A stretch of 14,062 nt of DNA from a bacterium. GTDB taxonomy: Bacteria > Oederibacteriota > PGYV01 > Palsa-1178. Position numbers and translations under genes: made by a program. The stretch covers positions 1-14,062 of the forward strand of contig JBAXIL010000042.1 in NCBI GenBank assembly GCA_037138355.1, read 5' to 3'. The notes below the pieces were generated by a model that was given only the letters and a program-made list of their open reading frames with translations, did no database searches and was not told the DNA's origin. Below, piece after piece: positions 1 to 8,400 of the stretch (the first letter of the stretch is position 1; every line of letters starts with the position of its first letter).

Positions 1-2
1 AA

Positions 3-413
3 ATATCAGGTCCACTGTTAGATAGAATTGATTTGCATGTAGATGTCCCAGTGGTTCAGTATAGTGAGTTAGTATCTAAGACAGAAGCCGAGACCTCAAT
101 AATAATCAGACACCGCGTAAACACTGCAAGGAAAATTCAGGAGGTTCGCTTTAAAGGGACTAAGATATATTTCAATGCTCACATGGGACCTAAACATTTA
201 AAAAAATACTGTCAGTTAGAAACTGAATCGCAGGGACTTTTAAAAAATGCAATTGAAAGTTTAGGTTTATCAGCAAGGGCTTATGACAGGATTTTAAAAG
301 TATCTCGAACAATCGCGGATTTACAACAAACAGAAAACATATCAACATCAAACATAGCAGAAGCAATACAGTACAGATCATTAGATAGAGATTATTGGAA
401 GGTTGGGGTGTAA
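3..413 (+). CDS. comM: ComM/YifB family Mg-chelatase-like AAA+ ATPase, 3' part (5' end lies outside the window)
   Basis: The frame is open from base 3: ISGPLLDRIDLHVDVP...GLSARAYDRILKVSRTIADL...IAEAIQYRSLDR, the characteristic ComM/YifB C-terminal motifs. The ORF-track start at 33 is an internal TTG. Confidence 0.93.
   Translation: MSGPLLDRIDLHVDVPVVQYSELVSKTEAETSIIIRHRVNTARKIQEVRFKGTKIYFNAHMGPKHLKKYCQLETESQGLLKNAIESLGLSARAYDRILKVSRTIADLQQTENISTSNIAEAIQYRSLDRDYWKVGV
307..413 (+). repeat. Direct repeat copy 1: last 107 bp of comM
   Basis: Ungapped alignment with 2061..2167 gives 93/107 identical by manual count. Confidence 0.95.
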
Positions 414-470
414 CAACACTATTTTTTCAAGTTTTTAAACAATATAAAAGCATTTTTCAAAAAAATTATT

Positions 471-1898
471 CTATTTCCACGAAGGCGAATAATTGTTTGC
501 ATTTTCAAGTTTGACCTGGTCAGTCAAATTCGCTTTTATAGTGCCGTCCGAAGTCATCTCCCAGATACTTCCTTTTTCGCCGTTCGCCGTAAAAATAATA
601 TATTTACCATTAGGTGACCAGACCTGACTTAAACCTGTTTTTTTGCATTTAAGACTTTTCTGGCCGGTGCCATCTGGATTCATCGTATAAAATTCAAAAT
701 TTCTCGTAAAATATATCTTTATCCCGTTAGGCGAATACACAGCACAAATATCATTTTCTTTGTCAGACCCTTTTGTAAGATGTTTTTCATTACCTCCATC
801 AGCATCAATAGTAAAAATTTTTCCGCTTTCACCGTTAATTCCCGTTGCTCTTGTAAATACTATTTTACTACCGTCAGGCGACCATGAAGGACCAAAATCA
901 GAAGCACTATTGTTTGTGAGCCTTTTTAAGTTCTTACCATCCGCGTCAATCACATAAATTTTGATTTTCTCTCCATCCTTATAAGCGCCATATGCTATTT
1001 TTTTCCCATCAGGAGACCATGCCGGATTAACTTTTTGCAAATTATCGTGCGTCAACTCTTTTATCCCAGTGCCATCTGAATTCATCACACCTATCTGGGC
1101 AATAACATCGCGCGTTCGGCAGAATGCTATCTTTCCATGGTCACGAGACCATGAAGGAGTGTCACCTCCACCTTCCAAGATATCCGTCATTTTTCTCAAA
1201 AGTGTACCGTTTGAATTCATCATGTAAACATTGACACCTTTGCCATCGTCAGAAGCAAATACAATCCAGTCCTTAATGTCCCCCTGAGGCCGCGGCTTCA
1301 TTTTTTTTGTATCAAGATAATAATTTATATCGTAATCTTCGAGATTTATCAATCCAAATCTTTTCGGAGTCAATGTTTCACCCTGAACCTTCGAACTTTC
1401 ATCACCAGTGTCGTAATATGAACTTTCATATTTCACCAACTGCCATTTGTTGTCCCGGTGAGAGTAAGCAAATCTGGTAGAGATGCTCCATTTTTCTCTT
1501 GAACCGCCGTAATGATTTATAACAAAAAACTTTTTGCCAGCTTCGATACTTTCAAAAGGATCACCCCAAACCCCGCCACACGAGGAACAAAGTATTGCCC
1601 TCCTGGTAATTGCCGCAACAACATAGTTATTATCTTTTTCAACAATAACCATAAGTTCTTTATCACTCTCAGGGTTAGTATCTTGTCCTTCGTCATTTTG
1701 GTCCTGTTTAAGCTGAATAACAATTAAATAATCATCTTTATTATCTCCGTTAAGGTCGGCAATACAGGCAGCAACTACCTTACATTTTTCCGGAAGAAGC
1801 TTTTCAACAGCAGTAGGAAGTGCAGCATTATTATCAGCGAAAATAACTCCCGCAATACAAATAAACACGCCTATAAAACTCATCAATTTCAAATTCAT
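471..1898 (-). CDS. Secreted protein with an N-terminal uncharacterised domain (DLNGDNKDD Ca-loop-like motif, CxxC) and a C-terminal TolB-like PD40 beta-propeller
   Basis: 475-aa ORF with a hydrophobic signal peptide and GAGG RBS upstream. Repeated blade motifs from about aa 210: PSWSRDHGKIAF, PAWSPDGKKIAY, PSWSPDGSKIVF, YSPNGIKIYF, WSPNGKYIIF and terminal PSW. No tolQRA/pal context, so it is not called tolB. Confidence 0.85.
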   Translation of the reverse strand: MNLKLMSFIGVFICIAGVIFADNNAALPTAVEKLLPEKCKVVAACIADLNGDNKDDYLIVIQLKQDQNDEGQDTNPESDKELMVIVEKDNNYVVAAITRRAILCSSCGGVWGDPFESIEAGKKFFVINHYGGSREKWSISTRFAYSHRDNKWQLVKYESSYYDTGDESSKVQGETLTPKRFGLINLEDYDINYYLDTKKMKPRPQGDIKDWIVFASDDGKGVNVYMMNSNGTLLRKMTDILEGGGDTPSWSRDHGKIAFCRTRDVIAQIGVMNSDGTGIKELTHDNLQKVNPAWSPDGKKIAYGAYKDGEKIKIYVIDADGKNLKRLTNNSASDFGPSWSPDGSKIVFTRATGINGESGKIFTIDADGGNEKHLTKGSDKENDICAVYSPNGIKIYFTRNFEFYTMNPDGTGQKSLKCKKTGLSQVWSPNGKYIIFTANGEKGSIWEMTSDGTIKANLTDQVKLENANNYSPSWK

Positions 1899-1976
1899 AA
1901 TTACCCTCGCCTAATTATTAGTATTTACAGCTTCGTTCTTATAATACACAAAACCTAAAATAATATATGTTTTATT

Positions 1977-2005
1977 ATTATAACTTTTTCTACGGTAAAA
2001 TGCAA
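1977..2005 (-). promoter_or_regulatory. Sigma70-type promoter for the TolB-like gene
   Basis: Minus strand reads TTGCAT (2005-2000), 17-nt spacer, TATAAT (1982-1977), about 80 nt upstream of the ATG at 1898. Confidence 0.65.
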
Positions 2006-2060
2006 GATTTTCAGTTTTCACATCAATTACACATTTTTTTTCTTATATATATAGAAACAA

Positions 2061-2167
2061 GAACAATCGCGGATTTGGAACAAACAGAAAATATATCAAT
2101 AGCAAACATAGCAGAAGCAATACAGTACAGGTCATTAAATAGAGATTATTTAAAAGTAGGAGTTTAG
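2061..2167 (+). pseudogene. comM: Orphan duplicate of the comM 3' end (direct repeat copy 2, attR-like remnant)
   Basis: Encodes RTIADLEQTENISIANIAEAIQYRSLNRDYLKVGV*, versus RTIADLQQTENISTSNIAEAIQYRSLDRDYWKVGV* in the intact gene. There is no credible upstream comM sequence. Confidence 0.9.
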
Positions 2168-2229
2168 AATAATTATCGTCTAATCAAAAATAAAACGACT
2201 ATTATTAAAATATAATATAAAACAATTAT

Positions 2230-3012
2230 TTATTGCGGTTCAACCGTCACTGCGTCAACATAAACATATGTATCCGGATTTGAAACATCCGTTGAATAAT
2301 CTGCCGTTCCATCACCTTTTGCTATCTTTATCCCCCATGCCTTAATGGTATAAGTCGTAGGTGGGTTTACACCTGTCGTGTGTCCTCCTGAAGTTGCTGG
2401 ATTTGTTGTCGTCATCTGGTCAGTATATGCCGATAATTTTGTCCAAACTCCTGCAACACCATTAGACGCGCCTGACAAATTCACCCATTCACTCTGATAC
2501 CAGCGCCATCCATCAGCAGCCATGGTTGCATAGAAAAAGTTTGCTCCATAAGAATTATTTGGGGTTGAAGCAAACATATTGCCAGGTATCCACACATACG
2601 CAGTTATTTTTTTATGTTCAAAGTTCACATTTAACGGAGCTATACTGCTACCCTGCTTTATAATTCCGCTCGCCAAACTGTTTCCGACTGAATCAACATA
2701 AGTGCATTTCATTCTCAATGAATGAGTCCCCTTGTAAGCCCTAACGGTAGAGTTCTCAAGTGTCGTATCAAATGAAATATCATAAGCAGGAGAATCGGCT
2801 TTATCGCTGATAAAACCTTTTGCTAAAGGAATAGTAGTATCATCTTCAAAAGAAAAACAACCTGTATAATTTGAAGGATCTGCACTAACAAAATCAACAC
2901 AATCAGCTCCACCGTAAGATAGTTCAGTTGCCGATGTAGGATAGTCCTTTACTTTTCCGCAACCCAAAGCAATTAAAAATATCACAAGCAAACCAGTTAT
3001 AATTCGTTTCAT
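2230..3012 (-). CDS. Lipoprotein with a CBM-like (galactose-binding-fold-like) domain
   Basis: Likely start is the ATG at 3012 (GGAGG-tttaaa-ATG), giving 260 aa starting MKRIITGLLVIFLIALG|C (lipobox). The pattern FSFED...AYKGTHSLRM...KKITAYVWIP...WRWYQSEWVNL...WTKL...IKAWGIKI...VYVDAVTV parallels the CBM-like repeats of the 1228-aa protein. Confidence 0.8.
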   Translation of the reverse strand: MKRIITGLLVIFLIALGCGKVKDYPTSATELSYGGADCVDFVSADPSNYTGCFSFEDDTTIPLAKGFISDKADSPAYDISFDTTLENSTVRAYKGTHSLRMKCTYVDSVGNSLASGIIKQGSSIAPLNVNFEHKKITAYVWIPGNMFASTPNNSYGANFFYATMAADGWRWYQSEWVNLSGASNGVAGVWTKLSAYTDQMTTTNPATSGGHTTGVNPPTTYTIKAWGIKIAKGDGTADYSTDVSNPDTYVYVDAVTVEPQ

Positions 3013-3052
3013 TTTAAACCTCCGTTTTTCTATCATCACAATTAAACAATAT

Positions 3053-5479
3053 TTAATATCCGTTCTTATTTATCTCATTTGTATATTTAATAAACGCATT
3101 CATATACTCTGGTTGTTCTGGATTAACTTCAAAACCATCTCCGTGTGAATATGCCGGGTCTATGAGCATCCAGTAGTTAGAGCCATTACCACCTGCATCA
3201 AAAAACATTTTCGTCATTGCGTCTATCCACTTTGCCTTTGGGTATGCTTCCATGTTATTTGCTACCCCATACTCTTCCATAACAACTGGTTTCTTCAGAG
3301 TTTCATGTGCGACTTTTACCCAATTTTTTATCATCCACTCAGTAGTTCCCAACGAATAGCTGTTATGCGCATAAGTTGGATATATATGATATGTACAAAA
3401 ATCAATAGTATCTGGTTTATGATTTAACACAAAATCAGAACCAGAATAATGAGTACCATCATCTTTCAGGAAAAAGCCCTCCATACCAGTTGTTACCATG
3501 TGATTATTATCAAGTGATTTTATATAAGCCGACATTTCTGCCACCCAAGCAGCTAAAACTTTACCTGTTAAATCTTCTTCATCTCTTGGTTCATTGCTCA
3601 AATCATACGCAAAAATCGTAGGGTCGTTTTTGTATGCTTTACCATTGACCGTATTTATCCTATTCACTATTTTTTCTATGGTCTGTTTGTAATATATTTT
3701 ACACTTAGGATTAGTCCAAAATATATTTTTATTATCAGAACCTACCCACTTGGCATACATTTTAGCCCCACCATAATATTCCCAATTATCAGTAAAATGA
3801 AGTATTACCCTCATACCATTTTTTGCTGCCGAATCTAAAACATAGTCAAGTTGCGCATATGCTTTTTCATTAAAATAATCAGGCCCTATCCTAAAAAATC
3901 TTTCTGTATCGTTTTTATCAACTACCTTCATGTTCTCTGCCTCACCATTAGAACCCACTCTAATGACTTTAAATCCTAAACTGGCGGCTTCTTTAAAAAT
4001 ATAATCAATAATTGTCTTACCTGAATTACGCATATAATAATTGCCTACTCCAACATATCTGTATTCCTTATCTCCATCATAAAAGGATATGCCTTTTGCC
4101 TTAATAAAATTATTGCTCCTCTTAAAAGGTATTGCAGCAATCCTTTTTAGTTTAATAGTTGTAAATGTTGAAACCTTAGAACTACCTGCAGCTTCGGATG
4201 TTCTTGCCATTACCATATAATTATAAGTCTTATCAGGAACCAGTCCATCAATAGCCACAGAAACCGCACCGTCTTTTGACTGCACCCAGCCAGTAGAAGT
4301 TTTTAGCGGTAATTGATTTCCGTAAATTACTTTAACCTGAGCATTTTCAGGAACCGTAATATTTAGCGTAGCATTTTCAGCAGAAGTGATAACTTTGATT
4401 CCACTAACAACAATTGAAGGTACATTTTTTTCAATTGATGCCGCAATGCCAGACAATTGTTTGAACTGTTTTATTACATCAGGACTTTCAAAATTATACG
4501 AACCAGCGTATGACTTGTATGCACCAAAACCCGCATAATTATAAATTATCGCTGACCCATTCGCACTAAAAAAAGCTTTTCCTAATGATACGATGTTGGA
4601 AGTTGCTTCGCTGGTTCTGTCAGAAATATTCATAATCACAGGTTTATTCGTGTTTTCCAAATATATTTTATTATATTGCGATATGTATTTTATCGCTGTT
4701 TGGACAGGAAGCGCCTGCGATATGTTAATGTTGTAAAATACAGCATCAATATCAGGGTTTAAAAATATGTCATAATCATTTATCTCATCCAATGACAAGT
4801 TTGCTTTTTTCATTCCTATTATTACAAGATGTTTTGAATCATTAGTTTTTATGAAAGAAGCTATCTCTCCTACCCATGAATACATTACTGCCCCATCAGC
4901 ATCGTTTAAGTTTTGCGCATCTGCACACAAATCCCATGCCAATATCGTTGAATCACTTTTATACAGCTTACCTGTCACAGAGTTTTTTCTGTCAGTAAGT
5001 TGTAATATATATTGTTTAAAAAACTCCTTGCTTATTTTATCTTTAAAAAACACATCATCATTAGCGCCGCCAGTCCATGACTTGTACGCTTCTTTACCAC
5101 CGTATGAAGAATTATTATCCATAAGTGTGATTATTAAGTTCACACCGTTTTTCTCTGCTACCGAAACCACATAATCGAGTTTTTCAAATGCTTTAGCATT
5201 ATATTTTCCCAGACCTTGTTGAAAAGCATATGATTTATTGCCAGAAAAAGAAGCGTAAATTCTCGCCAAATTAATTCCGCTATCGTTCAAACTCTTAAAA
5301 GCTGAATCAATTTGTGGATTAGTTAAAAACATTACATAAGGAACATTCACGCCTGCAAGTTTTGCTGGTTTTCCATTAACTTTCAGTATATCAGCACCAC
5401 TTGTAGAATATGCCGAAAGTGGTAAAGCAAAAAATACAGCTATAGATAGCAAAAGTAATGCTTTTGATATTCTATACAT
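3053..5479 (-). CDS. Secreted tandem GH5 protein (beta-mannanase-like): degenerate GH5, FN3-like linker, intact GH5
   Basis: Signal peptide present. The C-terminal domain has RINTVNGKAYKNDPTIFAYDLSNEPR (acid/base E630), HMVTTGMEGF, DFCTYHIYP and KPVVMEEYG (nucleophile E736), resembling GH5 endo-beta-mannanases. The N-terminal domain is a homologous copy. The segment at about 4157..4415 has the FN3-like motif IDGLVPDKTYNYMV. Confidence 0.88.
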   Translation of the reverse strand: MYRISKALLLLSIAVFFALPLSAYSTSGADILKVNGKPAKLAGVNVPYVMFLTNPQIDSAFKSLNDSGINLARIYASFSGNKSYAFQQGLGKYNAKAFEKLDYVVSVAEKNGVNLIITLMDNNSSYGGKEAYKSWTGGANDDVFFKDKISKEFFKQYILQLTDRKNSVTGKLYKSDSTILAWDLCADAQNLNDADGAVMYSWVGEIASFIKTNDSKHLVIIGMKKANLSLDEINDYDIFLNPDIDAVFYNINISQALPVQTAIKYISQYNKIYLENTNKPVIMNISDRTSEATSNIVSLGKAFFSANGSAIIYNYAGFGAYKSYAGSYNFESPDVIKQFKQLSGIAASIEKNVPSIVVSGIKVITSAENATLNITVPENAQVKVIYGNQLPLKTSTGWVQSKDGAVSVAIDGLVPDKTYNYMVMARTSEAAGSSKVSTFTTIKLKRIAAIPFKRSNNFIKAKGISFYDGDKEYRYVGVGNYYMRNSGKTIIDYIFKEAASLGFKVIRVGSNGEAENMKVVDKNDTERFFRIGPDYFNEKAYAQLDYVLDSAAKNGMRVILHFTDNWEYYGGAKMYAKWVGSDNKNIFWTNPKCKIYYKQTIEKIVNRINTVNGKAYKNDPTIFAYDLSNEPRDEEDLTGKVLAAWVAEMSAYIKSLDNNHMVTTGMEGFFLKDDGTHYSGSDFVLNHKPDTIDFCTYHIYPTYAHNSYSLGTTEWMIKNWVKVAHETLKKPVVMEEYGVANNMEAYPKAKWIDAMTKMFFDAGGNGSNYWMLIDPAYSHGDGFEVNPEQPEYMNAFIKYTNEINKNGY

Positions 5480-5480
5480 T

Positions 5481-8400
5481 TTAGAACCTCCCTTTCAGCG
5501 TGAACATGTATTTCTGAACTGTTTCATTATTATAATCATTTAACCAGTAACCACTTAGAGGAGGATCTCCGTAGCTTAAAGTAAAGGACAGCGCTCCACT
5601 GAATACACTGCCTTCAAGTCCGGCATACCAATTACTATATTTCGTATTATTCACAGTTGATAAACCTTTGTAGCTTCCTGTCAATTTAAAATCTTTCAAG
5701 AATCTTACACTTGCCTCTACAAAGCCAGTTATGTTTGTGTATTTTGTCATTGTCAGCAAATCACCTACGGGACCTTCTGTGTTTTGCAATCTACCCAACA
5801 ATTTGAAAGTTACAAGATCCATTACCAAAATTTTTGTAACTCCAGTAACAGTTAAAGAAGGTACTTTATATAGATTGCCCTCATAATTATATTTAGCCCA
5901 TATATGATAATTATACAGAGCCAACGCTTCATCATTTTTTAAATCCATAGTAATAGTGTAACGGCTATAAGTATCCACCATTGATTTCCCTGCATCATAC
6001 TCTACCATCATGTTGGTATTACGAACAAATGCCGCAAAATCAGGAGAAATAGTTTTCAAAATTGAAAACGGCGGTAAATCATCCATCGTACAAGTAATTT
6101 GTCCAACCTTATTGACCTGCCCTGCCTTAATATCAGGGTTTGTATAATATGAAGCAAAAGCTTCACCTATGTGTCTGTAATAACCATAGAAACTCAATAA
6201 ACCTAAATGCATATTAAGTTCAGTATAAGACAATAACTTATTAGAATCCGTGCCAATACTCTGAATTATATATGACGGCGGTGGATCAGGAAACATATAA
6301 ATCGGAGAGTTTGTTCCATATAATGTATATAAATATTCTCCCTTAACATTTAGGTCAAACAAATTTGCCACAGGTATAGCCACTGAGGTATCACCACCTA
6401 TAACCTGTGCTGATTGTTCTACATCTGCTTTGAAAATATCTGCATTGTTCGCATATCCGCGTCTATCATTCAAATACATAAGTCCTATATAATTTTTATC
6501 AAATAAATATGTTTTAAGCCTTGCAGTACCAACAAAAGTATTGCCCAACTTCCATGGTTCAGCATTATTTAAACTCAATCCCATTAACATATAAGAAGTA
6601 TTTATCGGACAAATTGTACCTGCAAGCGAAAGCCCCATAACATTTGGACCAAGCGCTCCAGAATCAACAAGACCGAAAACATCATCAAATACTTTTACAG
6701 GCTCTCCCGCGGAAAAGTTAAGTTCATTTCCAAATCCTCTCAGCGTAAGATAAGCCGATTTCACATTGAGGTCAACATTCTGCCCATGATAATAACCGCC
6801 ACGGAAAGTTACCCTTGCAGTAAGCGCATCCATTGGAGACATTTCAAGATTTATATCCTGTTCCACTGCTGCGTCTGTAATACCTAAAATCGACGATGTA
6901 CCCCATCTCAAATTATCAACATAAACAGTTCCTTCGTAGCCTCCAGCAAAAACAAGATATAAAGCCTTCATAACAGCCTTATCGGCAGCTAATATTGATA
7001 TAGGCATTTTTTGCGTCGTCCCTATAACCTGCTTCCAATCATTTGTATTAAGATTTATTTTTACATTTTTATTCCATCCAGGATAAATATATACAACCGC
7101 ATTTGATTCATACCACACATTACCTGGCGCATCTGTTTTTAAAGCCATTGTCAGTGTCAAAATCTTACCTGGATTGTACACATCCACAACAACATTTTTA
7201 TAATCGGTTATATCAAATGGTCCTGAGGAAACATATTGAAGCCCTGATTTTATACCTATATCCTTAAATGATAATTTAATTGATTTGTTTCCTTGACTGG
7301 CATACTTCGTTGACAATTCTACTTTGGCAGCACCCCATCCTGCTATATTGGCGGGACTCCAATTAGTTATTGTTTCAAAAGTTCCATCAATCATAGAATG
7401 CATCACATATTTTATTGGTTCAACAACCATTCGTGAAGTGTTATTAAAAGTGAGTCCAATCTTTTTTCCTATCTCTCCAAAGAAATTTCGTCTCGCTAAC
7501 TTAAAATCAGTAAGATACAGCGAACCCTTAACTTTCTGATCTGGATATATTTGGAAATGCATCTTTCTGATATCATTGCGCTTATCAAAATAATCCTTAT
7601 AATTCCAATTGCTATCAGCGGATTTAAAAGAAGCTGTAGTAAAATCGATATATACAGCTCTATTCCATCCCGGTGCGATACCTATTTGTTTTGTTTCAAT
7701 CCAGTTTAAATCATCCCCTGTTGAAAACGCAAAAGAGATCTTCACTGGGAAGGTATTCGGATTATAAATATCAACTTTCACTCCCACGCTGTTAGAAAAA
7801 TCTAAGTTTGCCGCATATGAATACATGGCTTTATCGACATTATTCTGCGTAGAGAAGACAGTCTGCATACCCCTATTTTTCTCGCCACCAAAATCTACAG
7901 CGGGATAAAGAGCCACAGCACCGGACTGATCAGAATCCGTGTTCCAGTTAACTCCTTTTTCAAAGCTATTCCATGGTGCAAAAGCTAAATCTCCAGTATT
8001 TTGAGGGATTAAGCCTGCCAACTTCTCCGGCGCTGAAGTTTTTAATCTCACATTATCAAAAATCACATAACCCTTTCCCATATCTGGTGGGAAAATAGTC
8101 AAGCATAAGCGTTTGACATTTTTTGTATCAACAGGTAGCCCTGTAGCTTCCCATTTCGAAGCTTCATTTTTCCATTTCTTTTCTTTAAGATTGAATGTTA
8201 CATCTTTATTCCAACCCTTCTTTAACCGACTTGCCTTTGCTTCCTGCCATTCCCATTTGTCGCCTGTTGATAAAGCCATACTCATACTCGTAGGAAAATC
8301 ATAAGGATAATACACATCCGCTTTCATCTCAAAAACATCGGACAAATCAAGAGAATCTTCTATCATAAATACTGCATTTTGCCCTGGCATAGTTAAATCA

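Larger units (their letters stand above)
307..2167. mobile_element. Putative integrase-less genomic islet inserted in the 3' end of comM
   Basis: One cargo gene plus its promoter lie between two diverged direct copies of the comM 3' end. No recombinase gene is present, so mobility is inferred from structure alone. Confidence 0.55.

Noticed and set aside
471..1898. Calling this gene tolB, or claiming foreign base composition
   Set aside because: It lacks the TolB N-terminal domain and tol-pal neighbours. The GC content looks only slightly higher in spot checks, which I cannot establish without computation.
1967..2167. 66-aa plus-strand ORF as an independent gene
   Set aside because: The first 31 codons are AT-rich intergenic sequence overlapping the minus-strand promoter with no RBS. 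Only the last 35 codons are meaningful, as the comM remnant.
2168..2206. Imperfect inverted repeat AATAATTATCGT...ACGACTATTATT as a terminator for the glycan operon
   Set aside because: Ten of 12 pairs, but almost all A-T with a 15-nt loop; too weak to call.
3013..3039. Longer start (MMIEKRRFK) for the lipoprotein
   Set aside because: A GGAGG RBS lies within this stretch, directly before the ATG at 3012, which yields a canonical lipoprotein signal peptide.
5481..6870. TonB-dependent receptor (SusC) or classical autotransporter
   Set aside because: No plug-domain or TonB-box motifs are recognisable, and the ~460-aa barrel region is longer than a typical ~300-aa autotransporter barrel. Not fully excluded without modelling.
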